Below are positions 13,557 through 25,949 of a stretch of 64,000 bases of DNA, one piece after another. The position numbers and the translations under genes are program-made. Within the stretch, counting starts at the first letter, position 1. Each line of letters opens with the position of its first letter. Source of the DNA: Utricularia gibba (Eukaryota > Plantae > Magnoliophyta); assembly GCA_002189035.1 (NCBI GenBank), contig NEEC01000013.1, positions 930,001 through 994,000 of the forward strand, read 5' to 3'. The notes under the pieces are model-generated. The model saw only the letters and a program-made list of their open reading frames with translations. It ran no database searches and was not told the DNA's origin.

Positions 13557-14089
13557 CTTCAAACCCACACCCTGGAAATCCCTATTCTTCAGCAGCTTCC
13601 ACAATAAAATACAAAAAACGATCGATTCCTTACAAAATTCTACACCACATACGATCAATGAATCGATAACATGAAAATCCGCCGCAAACTTGTGATACGC
13701 GGCTCGTAAAATTGTCGAGGGGAAGAAGTAGCGAATTCGGTGAGAAATCCCGTTTTCAAGGGTTTTCTTTTTTACTTTTATTTTTATTTGTCACATGAAT
13801 CCAACATGTCACAACCCCATTACCTTGTTTTTTAATTATATATGTATATTATTTATATTTCGATAAATACATATAAAGCTATAATTAAAATTAATATATT
13901 ATTATAAATTACAGATATTTAAAAAAAAAAAGAATTAAACTAATTTAATTAAAAAAATACGTGTGAAAAAATCATGTTTAACAAAATACTTTTTTTCTAT
14001 TGTTATAGTTCGTTTTACCAAATAAATTAATACTGAGGAGACAGGCGGCGGGTAAGCTGAGGATATATTTGGGTTGCTAAATGAATAAA

Positions 14090-14491
14090 TCATGGAAGTG
14101 CAATTAGGGGAAACTGTTTCCAGTACCCTGCGTCCCAGTCCCACCCAAACAGCAATCCGTCCTCCGAAATCATCCATCGGCAAACCCTGGAGCACCGGGC
14201 CCCGTCGCGCGGGACGGTGTAGGCGTCGAATCGGTACCAGCCGGAGTTCCCCCACTGGAGCTGACAGTAGAAGAGCGTCGTTCCCCAGAGATTGATATCG
14301 AAGCTCCATTTAAGACTCTCCCCGTCCTCCAACCCGCGGTACCCTAGATCATCGTCCTTGGATTGGCAATGCAGATTCAGGTGCGTTCCTTTCCCCAGTT
14401 GGCTCATCACGTCGATGTACTCTCTCGATTCGGCTTGCACCGCCATGAGCATCATCATCGTCAACAGGATTTTGCGGGAAGGGGATTCCAT
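14090..14491 (-). CDS. S-protein homolog (SPH / plant self-incompatibility S1 family), secreted, single exon; start could be 14521 instead
   Basis: Hydrophobic signal-like N-terminus followed by LNLHCQSKDDDLG, WSFDINLWGTTLFYC, FDAY, RCSRVCRWMISEDGL: four Cys in the SPH pattern. The ORF-track start at 14560 is a TTG codon. Confidence 0.92.
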   Translation of the reverse strand: MESPSRKILLTMMMLMAVQAESREYIDVMSQLGKGTHLNLHCQSKDDDLGYRGLEDGESLKWSFDINLWGTTLFYCQLQWGNSGWYRFDAYTVPRDGARCSRVCRWMISEDGLLFGWDWDAGYWKQFPLIALP

Positions 14492-15102
14492 CCTGCATTG
14501 AAACTGAATGGAGGGATCCATCCCGCTTTTATGTAGTGATTCTGCAACGGCCAGCAGCAACTTTCAAGTCAAGAATGTGATCCTCTCTACCAGCCTTTTG
14601 ATCGTTTACATCGGATGCGAAACAAAATTAAAAAAATGATTTTTTTTATTAATTAAAGATAATATTTACTTTTATTAAGGTTTACTATAATAATAATAAT
14701 ACATTTACTTATGCTAGATGACTATCATCAACAAACTTCATTCGTTTAATCTAAATTTTAACCTATGTTTTAAAATCTGATTTGCGATTCTCTATCATTT
14801 TCATATTGAATCGATTTGAACAATCAAACTCAGATTTGCCAATAAAAACATATATTGTATATGAATTTTATGTAACATTTATATAAATTGTGCCTTAGCA
14901 TAAATCGACAATAATGCTACTTCAATACAAAAGAGAAATAGTTGCAAACAAATAAAATTTATCCCATAAATACAATTTATACCAATTGCTATTATATATA
15001 CTATTTGTATCAAAATGTTATTGGGTACATTATTTGTATAGAATGTATACGATAGTATAATATAGAAGATTTATATACACATAAAATACTGTTTAATTAA
15101 CT

Positions 15103-15105
<3 letters not shown>

Positions 15106-15137
<32 letters not shown>
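15106..15137. repeat. (AT)n microsatellite
   Basis: About 16 uninterrupted AT units. Confidence 0.95.
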
Positions 15138-15140
<3 letters not shown>

Positions 15141-15856
15141 TCTTGTATGACTATATCATATATAAATGGAAGGAGAATTTAATTATATTTATATCATTTA
15201 CAGACTCAAATTTTTATTTTCAGATATAAAAGATTATATATAATTGAATGTATATTTAAACATATTAATATCTTATGATCAAACTACCAATACTGAGTTT
15301 ATAATCAAGAAAAAGATACAGTCGAGTGAAATGTCATCAGGCATTATCCAAAGTTGAAGGAAATTGAGAAAATTTTAGAAGATAAAGATTCGAAAAAATG
15401 ATTATAGAAGAGGTATAAGTGAGCATTTATAGATACTCTACTTGAAAAATGATTAAAATACTTTTGTAATTTCATCTATTTAGATTATACTTGACAACTT
15501 ATCAATAAAAATGTACACATGAGCAAATCACCAAGAAAATAAATAACTAAGATAATTTATGAATAATAAACCTAATAAAAGTAAATAAAAAATGCATCTA
15601 ATAAGTAATAAAAAAATGATAGGCTGTAGTTTTTTTTTATGTAATTTACTTAAAAAATGTAATATAATTTAGAATGATAGGGGATGGATGTCATGTCACA
15701 TCTGCATCATATCCAGGCTGGATCTCATCCGCAAAAGAGAAGGAATGGCGACGTTGTCAAACTCCATCCAAAGCGCCCCCACCCACATTCAGAAAGCTTT
15801 CCTCTTCCTCTGTCGCAAGGGAAAAGGGAAAGGGTGTTACTCCCACCCGCCAGCCA

Positions 15857-16734
15857 ATGAAGAAGAAGAAGAGGGCAACTCCGGATCCCGACACTCAAGA
15901 TGGTCATCTTTCTTCCTTTATTTACTTGCTTCTAGAATCGTCTTATCAATCTTCCTTTTTCAATGACCAGCCTAATAATAATAATAATAATTCCATCTTC
16001 TTCCTTTTCTTTTGTCATTAAACAGAATTAATTCTCTTATACTGTTTTCTATATATATTAATAGAAATAGCGTCTTGCCCATGTTTTTTTTTTTATGAAA
16101 ACCACTTCATGATTTGGAATTAGAGAATTAGAATTTTTTTTTAAAAAAAATAATCCCGTGTAAATGTTTTTTGATTGAAATGTTGGAATTAGAAAATTTT
16201 TTAACACGGTTTTTGAAAGTGAGCTGAAGTTCTATGTTGTGTTTATCTTGGAAATGAAATTCCAAATGTTTTTATTTAATTTTTTTTCACATAAAAAATA
16301 TTTACTGTATAAGTTTAGTAAATAATATTTACTGTGATTTAGAATAGACTTCGGAAAAGCATATCCATTCATCTGTGTGTGTTTTGTTGCTGCTGCCTTT
16401 GAAAATCAGAAAGGAGAGGCAGTGACTACTGTAATGTGTAATGTTTTGCGGGTTGCAGAGGCGACCAGCGGCGAGACGGCGGAGATGGGGGATCAAGAGG
16501 TGGACATCATATGCCGGATGCACAAGCTCGTGGGAGATAAGTATGCCATCGATGATTTGGTGTTGGAGAAACCCGGTGTGCTCATGTGTGTGTTTGTGTG
16601 AACTCAGATGGGCGCTGATAGCTGGGAGAATTCCGGGGAGGACGGCGGCCGAGGTAGAGAAGTTCTGGGTTACCAGAAAACAAGGAAACACTGTTCCCCC
16701 GGGTCCCGAGAGTACCAAGAGAAGAAAGGATTAG
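15857..16734 (+). CDS. Single-repeat R3-MYB of the CPC/TRY family, 3 exons, ~84 aa
   Basis: Exons 15857-15902, 16459-16540, 16608-16734 (255 nt, in frame) give MKKKKRATPDPDTQDEATSGETAEMGDQEVDIICRMHKLVGDKWALIAGRIPGRTAAEVEKFWVTRKQ... Intron positions match the CPC pattern. The exon-1 donor (G|GTCATC) is weak, so exon 1 is less certain than exons 2-3. Confidence 0.85.
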
Positions 16735-17953
16735 CAGTAATACCAGGAATAGGATGTGCACTCAGAAATCTATCTGAGGATGAATCGTGATCATCCGCCA
16801 TTCTTACGCCTCATGTCTGAGACAATAAGTAACGCAAGCATGCGGGTGCGTTTAGTCCCATGTACTTTGGGATCCTGTTTTTCACTCTTCGCATACTCTA
16901 AGATTAGATACTGGTTTGCAAGGGCGGACCATAGCTATGTTGGCACTGGACACGATAGAACCCGACAAGAGTTCCAGTATCGCCGGCTGAAAAGGCCCGG
17001 CCTGATGTGTCTTCTTCTCGCCCAAGGGTAGAAACACAAGTAAATAGCAACACGGCATACCAGTAAGAGAAAATCGAGAATGGGGAAACTACTCAACACT
17101 ATGTCTCAAACACAGTAGTCTTGAACAAACTACTCAATCGCTCAATTGTTCTACATATGTTTTTTTGAGTTATACTGTTACAATGTTAGGCTACAAGCCT
17201 AATCAAGGTATTCTACATTGGCAATGAACTGAAGAGAAAATGGATTTAAATAGAGATACTTTATTAATATTATATAAAAGTTTTTTTAATACGGTGAATG
17301 ATTCTTAATAGTGACTCCAAACTTAAATGTGCGATGTTTTATAATAAAAACATAAAATTATAAGAATTGAGTGTATGGTAATATAGTACAAAGTGTTTAT
17401 ACTTCTTCTTTTAAAAAAAATTATTCCTCTTTCTCAATCTATTTAATTTACTTTGCCATGGGATATGACATTGACTTTTATCTTTTCACTCTTATTTCTT
17501 TTTAAAAATAGTATATGAAAGAGAATGAAATTTTTATAAAAAATTTCATTATAAAAAAGAAAAATAATAAAAAAGGAAATTAGAACATACTCTATGTCTC
17601 AAATACTGGATACAAGTTCATCCAAACACAACACTCCCCACATGATCATCAACCCTCCCTGTTGTGTTGTGTGGCACATCAGTAATTGTGTTTCACAAGG
17701 CAGAAAGAATTCCACACACTTTACTTATTGAAGTGCTCCCTCCACGTCTAATGTGTGATAACCATTGAATGATGAATTTGTTGCTAAGTTTGAAAACATG
17801 AGTAAAAAAAAACAAAAAAATATAAAAAACTGAATAATTTTAAAAAAAATTATTTATTGTAAAAATTTATAATTGAAATGGCCATTTCTTAAAAAAAAAT
17901 TAAGATGATGAAATTTTAGAAATTTAAGGAATCGACAGTTTACTAGGAAAAAT

Positions 17954-18677
17954 GAGAAAACGGCAAAACATGCCACTTATGTTTAATGATTTGGTAATTT
18001 ATGTCACATATATTTTCTAATAGTTAATTTTACCACAAATCAATTTTATATTACAATTTATGCCATTTTTTTATATAAAAACATCAAAATCAACCATACT
18101 TATTTTTTGATTTGGTAATTTATGCCATATATTTTCAAAATCACTAATATTATGAATAATAGAGTACATAAACATTATAAAATGAGGAAAAAATAAATCA
18201 AATATCTTTGAAAATCAACATTCATATTGGAAAATAAATTCAAAAACCAATTTATATAAATATATAAATTTTCAATAGCTATATAAATTCATTTATAGTA
18301 CATATTACATATTGTTATAAGAAAAAAAATAATTCATACAAAAATCTAAAAGTAAGAATAACAAAAAACATAAAAAAAATGTTAGTATTATTATTATTAT
18401 TATCAATGAAAACAATAATTTTCATAAAAAAAATATTTACTAATATAAAAATATCAATTAAAAAATAGAAAAAAAATATTAAAAAGTATGTAATAGACAA
18501 GAAATTTAGTACTTTAACGAATTTAAGATTAAAAACATATGAATATATTAATTTAATAGAAATTATGATATAACTTGCAATATAAAGTTTTTTTGTGGTA
18601 AAATTAACTATTAGTAAATATATATGACATAAATTGTCAAATCAAGAAATATAAGTGACATGTTTTGTTATTTAGTC
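17954..18677. mobile_element. Non-autonomous Mutator-like element (MITE), ~110-bp TIRs, AT-rich interior
   Basis: The left arm caaaacatgccacttatgtttaatgatttggtaatttatgtcacatatattttctaatagttaattttaccacaaa matches the reverse complement of ~18565-18677. G...C termini. TSD not convincingly preserved. Confidence 0.8.
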
Positions 18678-18849
18678 GCGGAAACACGGATGATTAAATA
18701 ATTTATTTTATTTCTGAAAATAAAATTCTCGAACAAATTCGTCATTGGATTGACTGGCAATTGGCGAGGAGATCTATCAGTCCTGTCATCGTTGCGTCTG
18801 AATCTCATCCACCGCCGTGATCGCTCGGAGAAGCTGTCTGTAGATCAAG

Positions 18850-20464
18850 ATGAACGACGTCGATGTCTCGAAGCAGATCCAGCAGATGGTCCGCTTCATC
18901 CGTCAGGAAGCCGAGGAGAAGGCTAATGAGATCTCCGTCTCCGCCGAAGAGGTACGTCGTGAAATTGCCTTCTTCATTTAGCCTTTTTTTTGTTTTTGTT
19001 TCAGGTTTCGTCGCATTTCTTGCACCTGCCGCTCTGCCGCTTCTAATTGTTGCCTTTTTCGTACTTGTAGGAGTTCAATATCGAGAAGTTACAGCTAGTC
19101 GAAGCTGAGAAGAAGAAGATTCGGCAGGAGTACGAGCGCAAACAGAAGCAAGTTGAAGTCCGAAGAAAAATGTAAGCCTGATCCTCCTTTTGTGATTCGT
19201 GTCAAAACTAGGGCTGCAAAATTGAATGTCTTTGTTTCATCGCCGGAACTAATTGACCGCCATATCTATGATCAGTCGTCCATGTGCAAGCTTTATGTTG
19301 TCTGCTGTATGGTGGGTCTTGATTTTTGTAATGGAAACTGATTATTCTTTCATATGTCCCTGCCTGTGAGATTGACTTCATTGCTAAATTTTAGCTATCT
19401 TCTTTACCAAAATTTTATTTGATTCTAGTACCATACCATGAGATTTCTGGTTCTCAGCTTCGTAGGCTAACAATTTTACATTGTCTTTTCCATAGTGAAT
19501 ACTCGATGCAACTGAACGCTTCTCGGATTAAGGTTCTTCAAGCCCAGGATGATCTAGTGAATTCCATGAAGGAAGCTGCATCTAAGGAGATTCAGCATGT
19601 TAGCCATCACCATCACAGTTATAAGCATCTTTTGAAGGATCTTATAGTACAGGTTGGTTAATTTTATGTGTGCATTCTTAGGTGTTCCTTGAGCATTTAC
19701 GTGATCTAGCTATTTTAGTGTGTATTGAAACTGAAATAAGCCTTACCCTGTTTTCGTTTCTATCTATCTGCCATAGCTAATTTTCTTTACCTGGATTCCA
19801 GGGTTTGCTGAGGCTGAAAGAGCCTTCTGTGTTGTTACGCTGTCGTGAACACGACTTGCATTTAGTTAATTCAGTCTTGGATTCAGCCAAAGAGGAGTAC
19901 GCTGAGAAAGCGAATGTTCCTCATCCAAATATCATTGTCGATAATGTACACCTTCCACCTGCGCCTTCTCACCACCATGCTCATGGGCCTTTCTGGTAAA
20001 TAGTACTTCACCTTTACCAATAAGCTTCTGCACCCTTTATCCTGCAATAATTTTTTTACGATGAACCCACTGTGAACTATCAAATATTCCACTTTGTTAG
20101 ATCTCTCGCACTAGTCATAGTTTACTCTAATCTACTGGATAGTTTCTGATGTGGAAGGGTGTAACTATGTTGAATATTTTCAGCTCTGGAGGTGTAGTAT
20201 TGGCTTCTAGGGATGGCAAAATTGTGTTTGAGAATACCCTTGATGCCAGATTGGATGTTGTTTTCCGTAAAAAGTTGCCACAGGTATGCCAATTTGCGTT
20301 CTTCCCTTGTATTTTGTTCGCCTGGCTGACCTTATTCAAATGACAAGGCTCCTTTCTCAAGCGTGACGTTTTTGTTTTGATGTCTTGGTGTGTGTTATTT
20401 ATTCATTTACCTTCGGAAGCTATTGCAGATTCGCAAGAGCCTCTTTGGTTCGGTGGTTGCTTGA
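18850..20464 (+). CDS. VHA-E: V-type proton ATPase subunit E, 6 exons, 229 aa
   Basis: Exons 18850-18951, 19071-19171, 19496-19652, 19802-19995, 20184-20283, 20429-20464 (690 nt, GT-AG). MNDVDVSKQIQQMVRFIRQEAEEKANEI..EYSMQLNASRIKVLQAQDD..CSGGVVLASRDGKIVFENTLDARL..IRKSLFG. Confidence 0.97.
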
Positions 20465-21192
20465 TGGATTCTTATTGTAACTCCGGCGATCATCTTCTTG
20501 CTGTTGTGTTTTGGACATTTGGGTTGGTTCTCCCCGGGGCGTAGGGGATTCACCTTCCCATGTCTTCTTTATGATGATTCATCTCAATTGCTTGTTTTTC
20601 TTCCCCTGCGTCCAAGAACCAGTGGATATCATGTGTTGAGGTAATAAAACTGGTTTCCAGCAGAATCTCTATTCGCCTGTTATCTCTGATGACCGCTTAA
20701 TTTATCGTATTAATTGTGGTCAAATACAAATTCATATCCCATCCAAAATTACAAAGTTTGAAACCGGAATAATCAACATATTTAGTTTATTATGGAATTG
20801 AAGATTCTCTTCTTTTAAAAGTTCTTTTCGAAAAACGTTTTTAATAAAATAAAAATTAAAAATCTATCATTTGCTAAAAATGAAAAATGTTTTTAAATTT
20901 ATATTTGTAATGAAATAAAAATAATTTATTTAATGAAATCAAATATATAACGTTTTTTAAAAACAAAAACTATTTCAAATAAATCTATAATTGATTTAAT
21001 TTGTAGACAACCCTTTTTCTATCTAAGGTCACCATTGTGTTAAGCAGCCACACATGTTGAAAAACATTAGCACAGCACCAAAACCCCATTTTACAACAGA
21101 CATAAACTACATAATCCTTCCATTGTACAGATAAACTGCCATTCCAGAAACTTCTAAATACAACTTTTTTTTTTTTTTGCTGTCTGAATTCT

Positions 21193-23612
21193 TCATGAGT
21201 GATGAGCCTTGAGAACTGCTTGATAAACCATGTCGATGAACTGATTGTCCTGTTCATATCAACAAATAAGGGAGGGAATCAATGAAGGAGCATGATGGCA
21301 CAGTATGGCCCAGGGCAAAAACTTAAACAACTACAACTGCGATAGACTTCGAGTCAACACGCTGTTTGGATGGTAAAAACAGCATTTTTGAGTGTTCAGG
21401 AGGATACTCTGATGTACTGAAGTTCGAGTAATAGTGCTATTAACAATGCGCGAGATTGGCAAAAAAAAAATAAAAACTGTACCTGAACAAGCATCTGGAG
21501 GGCGTCCCTGATCTTTTCTCTGTTCATAACCGGACCATAATTTGATGCGGGAGCTGGGGTAAGCGCAGGAGGTGGAGTTGGAGGTGGAAATGGCTGAAGT
21601 AGCGGAGTGCCATATGGTCGTTGTCCACTCACGCTGTAGCTCAGGGGTGGGGCAGTGGGAACAGAGGAAGTTATGGGTGGCATCATGAACGGGGATGTTG
21701 AAGGTGGTGATGCAAAAAAGGATGACGGTTTCACCAAATCTGCGGCATGTTTGATACTACCACCGGATTCTGAATTGTCAAGAATTGACAATAGAGGGTT
21801 CGGAGGAGGCAATTTGGAGGGTACGTGAGGTAATGGTAAGACAGGCAGAGAACCACCAGGTTGATCGGTTGGAACATTGGTTTGAGGTGATGGATATGGC
21901 ATTGCTACATTAGGAGCACTCCCAATGGTTGCAGGAGACTTTTCCGGGAGAGCTGACCCTGGAGACTGATATGCGTGTCCAGAGATTGCTGTAGGAGGAT
22001 TCCCCACATTTACAGCAGACTGCATGTATCACCCGCAAGTTAATTAACATGAATCATCAAGGAAGAATTTGGATTAATCATTGACTAGGATCTGTGTTCT
22101 AGAAAAAAAAATTAACAACAGCACAAATGCCCTAGATTACTGATCGGAGGTAAGCACCTATGCATGTAAATGTGCCAAGGAGTGCTTCAAATTGTATGCT
22201 TCTCATTTAATAAAACAATACATCTGGCATTTGATAAAACAGGCTTATTCCTCCGGGAAAAAAAAATATCAACCTTTTATCTGCTAGACTACAGTTTGTG
22301 GATGTGCTAATCATGAGGTCCTACATTTCGCTATTTGATCATGCAAGCAACATGAAGTTACGTAGATACTGAGCAGAGAAAAGGCGTACACTGAAAAAGT
22401 TTACAAATTTTCGGTCATCAGGAGTGTCTGAAGGACCATTGGACGAAGTAGATGATGGCTCCAAGGGACCATCAATCACTTCCATGGTCGGAACAGCTTC
22501 AAGTTCTTCAAATTCGCTAAAAGATCAAACCAAGGATGGAGTCAATCATTCAGAAAAGTACGGAAAAATCATAATCAGGAAGGAACAGGAAAAGCGCTTG
22601 TGTTGTACAACAATGATCAAGAATTCTAATTCATGCATACATTCATATAGTCATACCAAGAGTGGCTGCAATATCCAGAATACAAGTTTAACAAGTTTAT
22701 AGAATCAGAATAAAAAGGGATACCCATAAGACATACCTTCTAGAAGGAGAAATTTTTGTTTTTCCTGGCACCTTTGCATAGGCATTAAGTATCCTAGGAA
22801 ACAAACAAGACAAACGGGTTTTAAGCGTTAAACAACAGACAAAAGCATACTGTGAACAAAATGACTTGGTTCAGAAGACATGAAAGCAGTAAAATAAAGC
22901 CTAATTCTAGGTTTCAAAGATACAGAGCCAAAATCCACATACCTGGTGAACAAATTTGCAACCTCTTCACATTCATGTGCATTGTAGAACCATATGCCGT
23001 TTACCTCTTGAGAAGCATTTCGATATAATAGATATGGCACCTGCACCTCAAATTCGAAATCTTCCAGGAGATTCTCCACCAGATTATCTGCTCACATTTT
23101 GGGGTCAAGAAGTCAAATTACCTAAAACCATCAGACCTGCGGAAAGCCACAGGAATTTAATCAAAAGCGCCATATCCAAATTATGTACTAACCAGTACTC
23201 CGACGATTCATTACTATGAACTGAAACCTCGGCTGGGTATTCCTGATAAAATACGCAAATTAAAAAATAAAAACTGAAACTTATCCAGAAATAAACTAAA
23301 AAAAGCAACCAAATCACCTCACCTCTTAACGACAAAAAAGGATCCCTCAACATCCTTCCTACTCTGCAAACGCAAGTTCATCTCAAACATCAACAAGAAA
23401 AAAGAGCCTAAAGTCAAGGCAAGCATTTCTTCTGCGCAAAATATTGAACTTACCCACTGGCTTGTTTCGATGTTGAATTCATAAAAAGTGACATGAGCGG
23501 CGGTGAAGAGAATTTCTTCCACAAACGGATCAATTCGCTGCAAAACTGTCATATTCAGCAATTTGGTGCTCTTTTCGTCCAAGTTGGGCATCAATTTCCC
23601 GTTCTGCGACAT
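21193..23612 (-). CDS. DCP1: mRNA-decapping enzyme subunit 1, 8 exons, ~390 aa
   Basis: Exons 23612-23454, 23363-23323, 23242-23193, 23087-22943, 22793-22737, 22516-22390, 22019-21483, 21249-21193 (1173 nt). EVH1 domain MSQNGKLMPNLD..SRKDVEGS..QEVNGIWFYN, Pro-rich linker, YGTPLLQPFPPPTPPP and C-terminal trimerization helix. Confidence 0.97.
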
Positions 23613-25299
23613 CCTCTAACGCACTTTCTCGACTCCACAGCCCTAGCGATCAAAATTGAGAGCAGACTACAAACCCAAGAAAACAAACCGAGGATAGCTA
23701 CTCAAGAAGCTTCTTTTTTCTTTTCCTTTTATACTCATTTTTTCACATTACTCAAGTTCTTCAAAAATTAATTAAGAAAAAACATAATTTGGATAAATTT
23801 CCGAAATGTTATTTGGTCTTCCGCTAGGCCAAACATCGCGTGCGGCGGCAACATCATTCCGTCGTTTCGTCGAGAACGATTTCCTGCAAATCCCTCTGCA
23901 TTCCCTCGCCTTCCTCTACGGTACGTTCACCGGCGCCGATTGCGGATGAAACCGCATCTCTCCGCCTGGATCGGCGTCCGCTCCGTAACCATCAGGCTTT
24001 GCAAAATTTTTATTTACATAATAATTTTATTTATAAAAATTATCTAAATATTTCTTTTTTTTAATTAATTATTTTTATTGAAATGTATTTAATATGATGT
24101 ATGAGAATTATTTTTGTGTTTATAAAATAATTTTTATAAACGAAAATAATATGCATTTACTAGAAATTATAATAAAATGAAATATAAATAATTTTATTGA
24201 CAATTTCATATTTATAAATACTTTTTAATTTTTTCAATATTATAAATCATAACATTTTTTTAAATAATAATATAATATATTTGAATATAAATTAGAATTA
24301 GAATATTCAAAATTTAGAAAATTCACATACTGAAACATAATATATATGTATGTACATAATCTATACTTTTATGTATCCTCAATAATACAATATGAACCCA
24401 ATTTCATATGATGGGGGGCATGAGATCAACAATACATACAAGATTAGGTTATATCATACATCATTATTATAAGTATCCGGGTGAAAAGTGTTCAATGAGT
24501 ATAAGTCAAAAAATAACTTATGCTCATTATGCTCTTGTTTGATGTTATATCTTATATGACTAAAATTTTCGAATTAGGTTATCATAGGGACCAAATGATA
24601 CGTCAATATGTATATATAATATAACAACGTCCATTTGAAATCAAGTGTCATGTTTATTTTTTTTATCACTAGAAATGTATGTAATTTTACATATGTTGCT
24701 TAAAAATTAGTCACATTCATGTGACCCTAAACTCTATGTTTAAAAAAAAAAGCCACATATGAATGAGTTATGTATAACTTACGTTCGTGTGGTTGTTTTT
24801 TATAATAAATAAACATTAACTACATATAAGTCACGTATATGTAATCTTTTTATATTAATTATTTATACAAATTATTTATTCATAAATTATTCATAATATA
24901 TATGTATATGTTATTTATATTAATTATTTACATCTATTTATTTTATAAAATAATTGATATTTTATATTTATATTATGTATACCTATTTTATTTTTTAAAC
25001 TCCTCAAATTGATCTATCAATATTCTTATATATTTATCAATAGTCTCACTTCTCAATTTTTATTCTCTTTTTTTTTTACATATATTTCATCAAAAACTTT
25101 CGAATACTTCTCATATTGTTAGAAAATCAAACTCATATTCTATGGAAATATGTGTATTATATGGCAGGAACATAATACAGTCAACTTACCAAAATGCAGA
25201 GTACGATCAGGATGTGCAAGAGCATCTTTGATTGAAAAAGCATGTGAGTCTCCACACATTTACATGAGATATAAATATAATAACAGACATAAATCCGAC

Positions 25300-25750
25300 A
25301 CATTTGCACGTAAGCTCTCTTAGATGAGGCAAAACGTTTTTGGGATAGAACATGAGAATGAGCTATGACACAGAAGGTGCGCCAATTCAAGACTGCGAAT
25401 ATGTAATTTTAGATTAAAGTTGTCAGCCATGAGAAAGGGAGGTGTTATCACTATAGAATGATGCTTTGTGATCAAATTTGTAGTTGCGGAAAATGGACTA
25501 AGTATGATGTTCCATGTTCTCATGCTATTGGTGCTACTTAAAAAGTGAAGGTAAGTGCTGACGATGTTATTATTAGTCTCGATATATTGCATACTTTACG
25601 ACAAACATACATTAAAAAAGTTTTCAAACCTCTTGATTCTAATACTTATGTCCCCTACTTAGGCTAGACCTTGTACAATGATCCTGCACACCGTCGAACT
25701 ATTACTGGCAGACAATGTCGCACAAGAATACACGATGGATTGAGGAGTGA
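25300..25750 (+). mobile_element. Mutator (MULE) transposase C-terminal remnant with a SWIM zinc finger
   Basis: CSCGKWTKYDVPCSHAIG at 25479-25532 (CxC..W..PCxH SWIM motif), followed by DPAHRRTITGRQCRTRI. Stops present. Confidence 0.8.
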
Positions 25751-25949
25751 ATCCACCACCAGCAGAATGGTTCGATAAATTCGATTTTTTCTGGTTTGAA
25801 AAACTTTGATTAATTGCTAGTTGGAGTTATTTATTTTTCATATTTTCTTTATGATTGTTTTCAAACTACTTCATAAAAGTAGCTTATTTGATAATGACAA
25901 AACACATCTACTCATGCCTATACTGTCGTGATAATAATGAATGAGTCGC

